From Gemmatales bacterium (GTDB taxonomy: Bacteria > Planctomycetota > Planctomycetia > Gemmatales > HRBIN36), in the NCBI GenBank assembly GCA_041640595.1, contig JBEPZY010000002.1, forward strand, positions 210,984 to 274,983: DNA of 64,000 bases, in the 5' to 3' direction. Under the pieces are notes generated by a model. It did no database searches and had not been told where the DNA came from. It saw only the letters and a list, made by a program, of their open reading frames with translations. This document shows, piece after piece, positions 26,986 to 36,335 of this stretch. A program made the translations under genes and the position numbers. Within the stretch, counting starts at the first letter, position 1, and each line of letters begins with the position of its first letter.

Positions 26986-27555
26986 ATGTCGCGGATTGGC
27001 AAGCAACCTGTACCGGTGCCGGAAAACGTCAAGGTACACCTCGAAAATGGCACCCTGCGGGTGGAAGGCCCGAAGGGAAAGCTGGAATTGCGTTACCATC
27101 CCAATATGCAAGTCGTTTACGACGCCCAGGCGCGGCAGATTCGCGTGCAGCGTCCCAATGACGAACGGCTCAACCGCGCTCTGCACGGGCTGACCCGCAG
27201 TCTGATCAACAACATGGTCATCGGCGTGACCCAGGGATTTGAGAAGCGGCTGAAGATTGAGGGTATCGGTTACCAGGCCCGGCTGGAAAAAGACAAAAAG
27301 GGCCAGAGCAAGCTCGTGCTCAGTGTCGGCTTTTCGCATCCGGTGATCGTGGACGTTCCGCCCGACCTGACCGCCGAGGTCCCCGACCCGAACACCATTA
27401 TCATCCGCGGCTGCGATAAACAGAAAGTCGGGGAATTTGCCGCTGAAGTTCGTCGGGTGCGACCCCCGGAACCTTATAAGGGCAAAGGAATTCGCTACGA
27501 AGGCGAAGTGGTCCGCCGCAAGGCCGGCAAGGCTCCCGTTGGTGCCGGTGGATAA
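26986..27555 (+). CDS. rplF: 50S ribosomal protein L6 (uL6)
   Basis: MSRIGKQPV, ALHGLTRSLINNM, RPPEPYKGKGIRY. Confidence 0.98.
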   Translation: MSRIGKQPVPVPENVKVHLENGTLRVEGPKGKLELRYHPNMQVVYDAQARQIRVQRPNDERLNRALHGLTRSLINNMVIGVTQGFEKRLKIEGIGYQARLEKDKKGQSKLVLSVGFSHPVIVDVPPDLTAEVPDPNTIIIRGCDKQKVGEFAAEVRRVRPPEPYKGKGIRYEGEVVRRKAGKAPVGAGG

Positions 27556-27752
27556 CAGCCGCGGCCCAGGGATTTTCGCATTGGTGGAGTGGAAGGAGAA
27601 ACCCACTTCTTCCTTCCCGGGTGCTGGAACGAACCAAGTGGACAAACATCGGCCGATTTTAGTAGCTCTTGCGTGTGGAAACCCGGCTTTCCGGTCGGCC
27701 ATCGGAAAGCCTCAGCATCGTCGGTGGAAAGCCGACGAAGAGGTGTGGCTGC

Positions 27753-28115
27753 ATGAATCCGCAGAAACAAAAAGCGCGTCAACGGCAACGGCGTGCCTGG
27801 CGGGTACGCAAACGGGTTTTCGGCACCCCGGAGCGTCCCCGTCTGTCCGTCTTTCGCAGCAACAAACACATTTACGCCCAGATTATTGATGATTTGCACG
27901 GCGTGACCCTGTGTGCCGCCTCCAGCTGCGGCAAGAATTCCGGTCTGAAATACGGAGGCAACATCGCTGCCGCTCAGGAAATCGGCAAACGCATCGCCCA
28001 GGCGGCACTGGCCAAAGGGATCACCAAAGTCTGCTTCGATCGCGGCCCGTACAAGTACCACGGACGGGTCAAGGCGCTTGCCGAGGCGGCTCGACAAGCC
28101 GGGCTGCAATTCTGA
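27753..28115 (+). CDS. rplR: 50S ribosomal protein L18 (uL18)
   Basis: [40 protein letters not shown]. Confidence 0.97.
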   Translation: MNPQKQKARQRQRRAWRVRKRVFGTPERPRLSVFRSNKHIYAQIIDDLHGVTLCAASSCGKNSGLKYGGNIAAAQEIGKRIAQAALAKGITKVCFDRGPYKYHGRVKALAEAARQAGLQF

Positions 28116-28137
28116 CCGCTACTGAAGGGGAACCAGC

Positions 28138-28629
28138 ATGGCCTCGGGCTACACCGAACCGGTTACCGGACAACTCGAAGACCGCGTCATCAAGATTCGC
28201 CGTTGCGCCGCGGTTATCAAAGGCGGCCGACGGTTCAGCTTCAACGCTTTGGTAGTGGTGGGCGATAAAAACGGCCGGGTCGGCTACGGATACGCCAAGG
28301 CCAACGAAGTGCCTCCGGCCGTGGAAAAAGCCACCTCCCTCGCCCAGCGCAATCTCCATCGCATCAGCCTCAAAGGCGATACCATCCCGCACAAAGTCAT
28401 TGGCAAATTCGGCACCACCAAAGTCATTCTGGTTCCTGCTGGCCCCGGTACAGGCGTGAAGGCTGGGCCAGGCGTGCGCCAGGTGCTGGAACTGTGCGGC
28501 ATTCGTAACATTCTCACCAAGGTACACGGCAGCACCAACCCGCTCAATGTCGTCAAGGCGACCATCCGGGGCTTACGGCTACTACGCACGAAAGAGGAAG
28601 TGGAGCGACTGCGTGGTGTGAAGCTGTGA
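28138..28629 (+). CDS. rpsE: 30S ribosomal protein S5 (uS5)
   Basis: VIKGGRRFSFNALVVVGD, PGTGVKAG, GSTNPLNVVKAT. Confidence 0.98.
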   Translation: MASGYTEPVTGQLEDRVIKIRRCAAVIKGGRRFSFNALVVVGDKNGRVGYGYAKANEVPPAVEKATSLAQRNLHRISLKGDTIPHKVIGKFGTTKVILVPAGPGTGVKAGPGVRQVLELCGIRNILTKVHGSTNPLNVVKATIRGLRLLRTKEEVERLRGVKL

Positions 28630-28739
28630 TGGCGACGATATCCGCAGCGTAAGCCAGTCGCCGACTTCTCGCAGGCAGCGCTTCTCCAGGCCAATCGTGT
28701 GGAAACAACGTATTTGCAGCAAGCTTCGTGGAGCAGACC

Positions 28740-29249
28740 ATGGATTTATCGCAGGTTCATGTAGGAGTGCCACGGCGGAAACGCAAGAAACGGGTCGGGC
28801 GAGGCATCGGTTCCGGCCACGGCAAAACGAGCACGCGCGGCCACAAGGGACAGCGTAGCCGTGCCGGCACCAACAAACCCCATCCGCTTTCCGAAGGCGG
28901 TCAGATGCCCATGATCCGCCGCGTACCCAAGCGGGGTTTCAGTCACGCCACCTGGCGTCGGGAATATGCCATTGTCAATGTCGGCGACCTGGATCGCGTC
29001 TTCCAGGATGGCGACACCGTGGATATGGAAGCGCTGCGGCAGAAACGCCTTTTGGATGGGCAGTACGATGGTCTGCGGGTGCTCGGCGACGGCGAACTCA
29101 CCAAACGCCTCATCGTCAAGGCGCATCATTTTTCGGCCTCCGCGCGTGCCAAGATCGAAGCCCGAGGCGGATCGTGCGAGCTATTGCCCGGCCCCAAACC
29201 GGTGCCACGCAATAAAATGAAACCGCGGGCCCCGAAATACGCCTCTTGA
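28740..29249 (+). CDS. rplO: 50S ribosomal protein L15 (uL15)
   Basis: RVGRGIGSGHGKTSTRGHKGQ, EGGQMP..RRVPKRGF. Confidence 0.97.
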   Translation: MDLSQVHVGVPRRKRKKRVGRGIGSGHGKTSTRGHKGQRSRAGTNKPHPLSEGGQMPMIRRVPKRGFSHATWRREYAIVNVGDLDRVFQDGDTVDMEALRQKRLLDGQYDGLRVLGDGELTKRLIVKAHHFSASARAKIEARGGSCELLPGPKPVPRNKMKPRAPKYAS

Positions 29250-29393
29250 CCGGAGCCTGACCAGTTGCTCTTACTAAGAGAATCGCGCTGAGGGCTGTCG
29301 GCCGGGTGACCGGGTCGTTATTCGCCTGTGCGAAGAGCGGCCGGCGCGGGCCGACGCTGACGAGAACAGTGAGCGCGATGGGGAGAGCGGCCT

Positions 29394-30776
29394 GTGAATT
29401 ATCTGCTCAACATCTTCAAAATTCCTGATCTGGCTCGCAAAATTGGCATTACCCTGGTGTTTCTGGCCATTTATCGCATGGGTTACCACGTTCCCTTGCC
29501 CATCGTGGATCAGAAACGCATGCAGGAATGGGCGGAGCAGATGGCTTCCGGACAGTTCGGCCAGCTGTTTGCCGTCGCCAGCATGTTCAGCGGCACCAAC
29601 CTGGGAATGCTGACCATCTTCGGGCTGGGTATCATGCCCTACATTTCTGCTTCCATTATCATTCAGCTTTTGGCCAGCGTCATCCCGGCTCTGGAGAAGT
29701 TGCAAAAAGAAGGGGAAAGCGGTCGCAAGAAGATCAACGAAATCACACGGTACCTGACCGTGGGCATTTGCATCATCCAGAGCGCCATGTATTTGCGGAT
29801 GCTGGCGCCCGCCGGAGCCGCCGGCGAAAATGTTTTCCGTCCCGATCTGTTTCAGAGCTGGTTTTATTATCTGACCGCGGTGATCACCATGACGGCGGGA
29901 ACCGTTTTCCTGATGTGGCTGGGCGAACAGATTGACGAATACGGTATCGGCAACGGCATCAGTTTGCTGATCATGGCCGGTATCATTGCCCGCATGCCCG
30001 AGGCGCTTTTAACGTTCCTGTTTGATTCGAGTGGCGGGACGTATCGGCTGAAAGAAAGCCTGTTCCGTCTGGGTGGCGGCAGTGGTACGGAACCGACGGT
30101 GGAAATCGTGGTGGTCATGGTGCTGCTCTTTCTGGGAGTGGTGCTCGGCGTCATTGCCATGACCAAGGCACAGCGACGTATTACCATGCAATCGGCGCGG
30201 CATGTTCGCGGCCGGCGGATCATCGGCGGGCAAAGCAACTGGTTGCCCCTGCGTGTCAATCAGGCCGGTGTCATGCCCATCATCTTCGCCGGAAGTTTGC
30301 TGATGATCCCGGCCTTCCTTTTCGACTTCATTGCTTCCCTGAGTCCGCGAGGTGCCGGCTGGGCAGCGGCTCTGGCAGATGATTTCCGCAACCACCGCTA
30401 CCTCTACACGCTCTGCTACATCGCCCTGATTTATTTCTTCTGCTACTTCTGGACGGCGATCACCTTCAATCCCAAAGACATCGCCGATAACCTCAAGGAG
30501 TACGGCAGTTTCATCCCTGGCTATCGGCCTGGCAAAAGCACCGCCGATTACCTGGAAAAAGTGATGGTGCGCATCACGTATGTTGGAGCAGCGTTTCTGG
30601 CGGTGGTGGCCATTGTACCGACCCTGATCACCGCGACCCTGCAGGTGCCTCCAATTGTCTCGCAGTTTTACGGCGGAACAGGACTGCTGATCGTGGTCAG
30701 CGTCGCCCTCGACCTGATCCAGCGGATCAACAGCCACCTGGTGATGCGCAACTACCCCGGCCTGACCGAAGATTGA
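29394..30776 (+). CDS. secY: Preprotein translocase subunit SecY
   Basis: LGIMPYISASIIIQLL, GIGNGISLLI, QAGVMPIIFA, FIPGYRPG, GGTGLLIVV. Confidence 0.98.
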   Translation: MNYLLNIFKIPDLARKIGITLVFLAIYRMGYHVPLPIVDQKRMQEWAEQMASGQFGQLFAVASMFSGTNLGMLTIFGLGIMPYISASIIIQLLASVIPALEKLQKEGESGRKKINEITRYLTVGICIIQSAMYLRMLAPAGAAGENVFRPDLFQSWFYYLTAVITMTAGTVFLMWLGEQIDEYGIGNGISLLIMAGIIARMPEALLTFLFDSSGGTYRLKESLFRLGGGSGTEPTVEIVVVMVLLFLGVVLGVIAMTKAQRRITMQSARHVRGRRIIGGQSNWLPLRVNQAGVMPIIFAGSLLMIPAFLFDFIASLSPRGAGWAAALADDFRNHRYLYTLCYIALIYFFCYFWTAITFNPKDIADNLKEYGSFIPGYRPGKSTADYLEKVMVRITYVGAAFLAVVAIVPTLITATLQVPPIVSQFYGGTGLLIVVSVALDLIQRINSHLVMRNYPGLTED

Positions 30777-31089
30777 ACGCCGTCCAATTGCCCGTCGGAA
30801 AATGATCTGCAAGTCAGTAGCTTACCGCTGATTTCCAGCGCCGATCTGGTACAGTTTCGTTTTCGGAAGCGGCAGAAACGCACAAAGTAACAGTAGCTAA
30901 TCGCCCATTCGGAAAGCCGAGCACGCGGGCAGTCAGGTCATGGTCGGCGTAAACTGGTTTTAGAACCCAATGGCTCGGGGCTCGGACACCCGGTTTCAGC
31001 GCTCGCTAAAGGTGCGGCTTAATTGCGACATGATGAAAGGGCGACTGTCAGCCGCTGGGGTCAGGTTGTTGCCGGGGGGAGGTCCGGTC

Positions 31090-32151
31090 ATGCGAAACTC
31101 CTCGGATGAACGCGATCGTCTGGCGAAACAGTTGACGACAGCGGTGCGGCAAGCGCTGACGCAAGCCGGCGTGGTCGGCGAACCCGTGCTCGTGGCCGTC
31201 TCCGGTGGGCCGGACAGTACCGCCTTGCTTCGGGTTTTGCTGGAGATTCTCGGTTCTGGAGTCATTCACGCCGCCCATTTCAATCACCAGTTGCGTGGCG
31301 CGGAAAGCGACGGCGACGAGGCTTTTGTCCGCGACCTGTGCCAGCAGTGGAACGTGGCTTTGACCGTAGAACGGCGAAACATCGGCCAGCTGCTGCAAAC
31401 TCGCGGTGGCAATCTCGAAGCCCTGGCGCGACGCGAGCGCTATGCCTGGCTGGCCGAACTCGCTAACCATCTGCGGATTCGCTGGGTCGCCACTGGCCAC
31501 ACCGCCAACGATCAGGCCGAGACTGTGCTTTTCCGTTTGCTACGCGGCAGCGGTCTGCGGGGGCTTCGCGGTATCGCACCGCAACGACGCCTGGCCGACG
31601 AGGTGCAGCTGGTGCGTCCCCTGCTTCGTGTGACCCGCCAGGCCGTGAACGCTTACCTCCAGTTGCACGGCATCCAGGCGCGTACCGATAGCAGCAATTT
31701 CGACCTGAGCCGTCTGCGTAACCGCATCCGCTGGCAATTATTGCCCCTGTTAGAACGGGAATACAACGCCAGTGTGGTCGTGCACCTGGCGACACTGGCG
31801 GAACACGTGCACGAACATTACGCCTGGCTGGAACGGCAAGCCTGGCAGCTGCTGCAACGAATAGAGTTGCCCCGTTTCGGAGAGCAGGTGGTGCTCGATG
31901 CCCATCAGCTTCGGCAGGCCGAGCCGTTTCTGTTGCGGCAAGCGTTACGCCTTTTGTGGGAACGCGAGGACTGGCCAACCGGCAACATGACCACCCGACA
32001 CTGGCAACGGCTGTGCAGTTTTTTGCGCGGCGAGTCCGTAAGCAGCCAAAGCCCCCACCCGGAGCGAACAGGCCGACTGCAACTACCCGCGGGAGTCCTT
32101 GTAGAACGCCACCTGCACACTTGGCGCTTATTCCGTCGCAGTAGCACCTGA
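31090..32151 (+). CDS. tilS: tRNA(Ile)-lysidine synthetase
   Basis: VAVSGGPDS, HFNHQLRG, ATGHTANDQAET, RPLL, DSSN..RNRIR. Confidence 0.93.
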   Translation: MRNSSDERDRLAKQLTTAVRQALTQAGVVGEPVLVAVSGGPDSTALLRVLLEILGSGVIHAAHFNHQLRGAESDGDEAFVRDLCQQWNVALTVERRNIGQLLQTRGGNLEALARRERYAWLAELANHLRIRWVATGHTANDQAETVLFRLLRGSGLRGLRGIAPQRRLADEVQLVRPLLRVTRQAVNAYLQLHGIQARTDSSNFDLSRLRNRIRWQLLPLLEREYNASVVVHLATLAEHVHEHYAWLERQAWQLLQRIELPRFGEQVVLDAHQLRQAEPFLLRQALRLLWEREDWPTGNMTTRHWQRLCSFLRGESVSSQSPHPERTGRLQLPAGVLVERHLHTWRLFRRSST

Positions 32152-32378
32152 CGTCCCTGGCATCGCCTGCTTCGCCTGACGTCCTTCGCACCACCTGTTT
32201 ACAGGCCGCCGGTTGTTTAGATGACGCTGGTTCATTCCTCAACGCTGCCACATCGCCTTTCGATGACAACCGCCCTTGCACGTCCAAATTCGGCGGTGCA
32301 GAGGTGTTCACTCGCGTCAGGCTTGCGTTTGGCATTAGGAACACTAATAGTACTAAGACCCAACTATTCAGGGGCTTG

Positions 32379-32392
32379 TTTTTTTTTTTTTT
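32379..32392 (+). repeat. Homopolymer T14
   Basis: 14 consecutive T in an AT-rich patch about 160 bp upstream of the 32550 gene. Confidence 0.9.
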
Positions 32393-32549
32393 GTACTCAC
32401 TAGGCTGACGCGGACTTGCTGGCGGATACTGCCAGAGCGGTTCTGGTGACACCAGCAGTAGTCAGCCTTCGCCGCGATCCCGGGGCTCGTCGCTGCAAGG
32501 TTCGCCTTCCCCTTCAACCTAGGCCCCCGCTGCAAAGGAGGAGTGTTCC

Positions 32550-33452
32550 ATGAAGTGCCGCCTCTCTTTTCTGGTCGGCGTCCCAGTCATCCTGGGTCTC
32601 TGCTTGCTCGGCATCTCCAACCAGGTTACTTCACAGCAAAAGGAGCAGGAGAAAACCAGACCAAAGCCCGTTGACAAGAAGCCCATTGACCTGAAGCCTC
32701 CCATTGACGGCAAACCCGTTGATAAGAAGCCCATTGACAAAAAGCCCGTTGATGATCGATGGTCGCCAGAGCAGAGAGCCAAAGCTGAGGCGTTGGAAAG
32801 GGAGTTGCTAAGGTCTTTGCCACCTGAGCCTGTTGATCCCGAATTGCGGCGTGTGATTCTTGATGGTGACCCTGAATCAACGCTACGGAAACTAATTCCC
32901 GTGCCCCTGCCGGTCATCCCAAAGCCATGCGTGATTACCGCGGGTGACATAGACGGTTTCCAATACAACCCGAAAACCGATCAAGTTTCTCCCTGCTGTA
33001 TCAAAATAAAGTCTCGGAACTTCGACGAACCTGGTGTCAACAAACCCTTCAGCCATCAGGTGCGCATTCCATGTTGCAAGATTCTCGCAATCCGGTGCGA
33101 GGTGCGCATTCGCAACGAGGGCGAGGGCTCTTATAACGATAGGCTATACGTCGCCATACCGGGCCCAGCCTGCCAGAATGTTTGGTACTCGGATATAAGT
33201 GCCCTGGACAAAAGCTGGCCTGGACCAACGGGTTCGGTTCACACCATAAGCTGGTGGCTGCCACCGGCGTCGGTTCAACAAATCAACCGTTACATTTTTG
33301 AACAGGCGAAAGGCTGCGATTGCTTTTTGTGCCTGCTCAGTCAGGACGACCATGCCGTGGATTATTGGCGGCTCTTTGTTTACTGCTGTGAATGCCCGAC
33401 GGTGCCGAGAGCCGTAGGCTCTCCTATCCCTGAAGGCTCCATCACCAAGTAA
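32550..33452 (+). CDS. Secreted Cys-rich hypothetical protein with KP(I/V)D repeats
   Basis: AAGGAGG RBS, signal peptide, KP(I/V)D repeats, 13 Cys in the C-terminal about 175 aa. Confidence 0.75.
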   Translation: MKCRLSFLVGVPVILGLCLLGISNQVTSQQKEQEKTRPKPVDKKPIDLKPPIDGKPVDKKPIDKKPVDDRWSPEQRAKAEALERELLRSLPPEPVDPELRRVILDGDPESTLRKLIPVPLPVIPKPCVITAGDIDGFQYNPKTDQVSPCCIKIKSRNFDEPGVNKPFSHQVRIPCCKILAIRCEVRIRNEGEGSYNDRLYVAIPGPACQNVWYSDISALDKSWPGPTGSVHTISWWLPPASVQQINRYIFEQAKGCDCFLCLLSQDDHAVDYWRLFVYCCECPTVPRAVGSPIPEGSITK

Positions 33453-33667
33453 CTTTCACGATCACAAGTCGTCCGTGGCCTAGCCAGCCGCAAACGTGGC
33501 GTTTCACCAAGAAAGCATATAGCGTAACTTCGCCTCGCCCGGATACCGTGGTATCCGGGCGGGGTACTTGGCGCCAATCCGCGTGGACAATCTAAGTAAA
33601 CCTACCGAGCGTCGCAACCGAAAAACGGCAACGCGAAAGGCCTCTGCGCTGCACAACCGCCGATGCA

Positions 33668-34707
33668 CAAGAGCGGCGGGCGTCAGCCCGCCGTGGTTAC
33701 CGTAACTCGCTTGCAACGGGGAACGGTATCGCTGGGAGCGATGATGGTCGTTCTCAAGAGCGGCGACCGTCAGCCCGCCGTGGGTGTGGGAAACACGATT
33801 GCGCAGACACACGCGCGCTTGTTCTGCAGACCGCCGACGGTGTATGTGCGGATCGCCGTTGCATTCACGGTAATAGTTACCACGGGGGGCTTACGCCCCC
33901 CGCTCTTGTATTGCGACGCGGACGTCCGCCGGCATAAAAAACGATTTTTGCGGTGCACAAACGCACATGCACAAGAGCGGCGGGCGTCAGCCCGCCGTGG
34001 CTTGGCAAAGCGCCCTTGTAATAGCGGAACCATGATTCCGCGTATGTGACAATCGTTCGCCGATACAGCATGAGTGCGTTTTCGCGTCTGTAAATGCGTT
34101 TCGCGCACCACGGCTGGCTTACGCCAGCCGCTCTTGGTGCACGACGTCGGTCCGCTAAAAATGGCGACATTCGCGATGCACAAACGCACGCTCATAAGAG
34201 CGGCGGGCGTTAGCCCGCCGTGGTTACCGTAACGCGATTGCAACGGGGAACGGTATCGCTGGGAGCGCTGATCGTCGTTATCAAGAGCGGCGGGCGTCAG
34301 CCCGCCGTGGGTGTGGGAAACACGATTGCGCAGACACAAGCGCGCTTGTTCTGCAGACCGCCGACGGTGTATGTGCGGATCGCCGTTGCATTCACGGTAA
34401 TAGTTACCACGGGGGGCTTACGCCCCCCGCTCTTGTATTGCGATGCGGACGTCCGCCGGCATAAAAAACGATTTTTGCGATGCACAAACGCACATGCACA
34501 AGAGCGGCGGGCGTCCGCCCGCTGTGGTTCGAGTGACCCACTTGCAACGGCGAGCGTTTTTCTCCGAAAGGGACGCCCGCGTCGCACTCGCACAACTGGC
34601 TTACGCCAGCCGCTCCGGGTCGCGTGAACGGGTGCCGTTGCTGATGTGCGTTTCCGACCGGCGGGTGCGTTACGTTTGCCACGGTCGGCTTACGCCGACC
34701 GCTCTTG
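33668..34707. repeat. REP/REPIN-like palindrome cluster 2 (about 11 hairpins) with a 527-bp-offset duplication
   Basis: Same hairpin family; 33668-34000 repeated at 34195-34527. Confidence 0.9.
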
Positions 34708-34811
34708 GTGCACGACGTTATGTTCCATCGGGAAATAGCGACATCTGCGGTGTACCGTGTGCGTCGCCGCTCCGGTTTCGGTGATCAGCGCGCCGGGCGG
34801 CTATCGGCATA

Positions 34812-36296
34812 TCAGGCCAGCATTTTGGTGATGACGCGGCCGCCGATGTCGGTGAGTCGGAAATCGCGGCCCTGGAAGCGGTAGGTGAGTTTGGTGTGGT
34901 CGAAGCCGAACAGGTGCAGAATCGTCGCGTGCAGATCGTGGACGTGAATGGGGTCTTCGACGACGTTCCAGCCGATCTCGTCGGTCTTCCCGATGACCTG
35001 CCCGCCTTTGATGCCGCCGCCGGCCAGCCAGATACTGAAAGCGAAGGGATGATGATCGCGACCGGAGACGCTGGTAAATCCCGGGCGATTTTCGCCCAGC
35101 GGTGTGCGTCCGAATTCGGAGAGCCAGATCACCAGCGTCGAATCCAGCAGCCCACGCCGTTTCAAATCCTTGAGCAGAGCGGCGATCGGCTGGTCGGCCA
35201 TTCGGCAGTTGAAAGCCAGCTCCTTGTCCAGGTTGCTGTGGTGATCCCAGGAGGCGTGGAAAATGGAGACGAATCGCACGCCGCGTTCGACCAGTCGGCG
35301 AGCCAGCAGACAGTTCAGGGCGAAGGAATGGTACACGCCCCGTCCACCGCCGCGCGAACTGGTACCGTCATCGTTGCGGTACAGGCCGTACATCTCGATG
35401 GTTTCTTTGGTCTCGTTGCTGAAATCGAGTAATTCGGGAGCGGCGGCCTGCATGCGGAAAGCAAGTTCGTAGGCGGCGATGCGGCTTTGAATTTCCGGGT
35501 CGCGGGCAACGCTGCCGTGCATCTGATTGAGGTCACGCAGCGCACCAATCGTTTTCTCCTGCATGCTGCGGGTCAGTCCGGGCGGATTGTTCAGATTCAA
35601 CACCGGCTCGCCCTGATTGCGGAATAAAACACCGCCATAGCTCGTCGGCAGGAAACCGCTCGACCAGTTCGAGGTGCCGCCGCTGGTACCGCGACCGGAC
35701 GTCAGCACCACGTAGCCGGGCAGGTTCCGCGATTCGCTCCCCAGTCCATACACCAGCCACGAACCCATACTCGGTCGGCCAAACTGCGTCGAACCGGTGT
35801 TCATCAACAACTGCCCCGGATGGTGGTTGAACGCCTCCGTCCACATCGAACGAATCAGGCAAATGTCATCCACGCAGGTGGCCAGGTGCGGCAGGAAGTC
35901 GGACAATTCCATGCCACACTGGCCGTATTTTTTGAACTTGCGCGGGCTGCCCATCAGCGTGGCCGTGTCTTTCTGGATGAACGCAAACCGCACGTTTTTG
36001 ATCAGCGATTCCGGCAACTTCTGGCCGTGCAATTCGTTGAGCTTCGGTTTGGGGTCGAACAGATCCAGCTGGCTCGGACCACCTTCCAGGTAAATGCAGA
36101 TGCAGTTTTTCGCTTTGCCTGGGAAATGTCCCGGTCGAGGCGCCAGCGGATTGATGCGACGGTCGAGGTAAGCCTCTTCGGCCAGCAATTTATCGTCGCG
36201 GAGCATGCTGGCCAGGGCTAACAGGCCGATTCCTCCAGCCGTCGAGGTCAGAAACGCGCGTCGGCTTTGCAGCAACCATTCCTGCCAGGGCGTCAT
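34812..36296 (-). CDS. DUF1501 family protein (Tat-like leader)
   Basis: SRRAFL leader, GGPSQLDLFDPKP, CLLARRLVERGVRF, WDHH, SEFGRTP, HDLHATILHLFG. Confidence 0.93.
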   Translation of the reverse strand: MTPWQEWLLQSRRAFLTSTAGGIGLLALASMLRDDKLLAEEAYLDRRINPLAPRPGHFPGKAKNCICIYLEGGPSQLDLFDPKPKLNELHGQKLPESLIKNVRFAFIQKDTATLMGSPRKFKKYGQCGMELSDFLPHLATCVDDICLIRSMWTEAFNHHPGQLLMNTGSTQFGRPSMGSWLVYGLGSESRNLPGYVVLTSGRGTSGGTSNWSSGFLPTSYGGVLFRNQGEPVLNLNNPPGLTRSMQEKTIGALRDLNQMHGSVARDPEIQSRIAAYELAFRMQAAAPELLDFSNETKETIEMYGLYRNDDGTSSRGGGRGVYHSFALNCLLARRLVERGVRFVSIFHASWDHHSNLDKELAFNCRMADQPIAALLKDLKRRGLLDSTLVIWLSEFGRTPLGENRPGFTSVSGRDHHPFAFSIWLAGGGIKGGQVIGKTDEIGWNVVEDPIHVHDLHATILHLFGFDHTKLTYRFQGRDFRLTDIGGRVITKMLA

Positions 36297-36335
36297 GGCT
36301 GGTATCCTCCAGATCGGCAGCGATTGTTTGCGGCG

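Noticed and set aside
28629..28740. rpmD (uL30) at its usual position
   Set aside because: No suitable ORF; loss of uL30 is known in several phyla, so not treated as novel
33442..33530. Further possible gene-end echoes (here, and at 57112/57184 and 30815/30891)
   Set aside because: Matches are too short to distinguish from chance without computation
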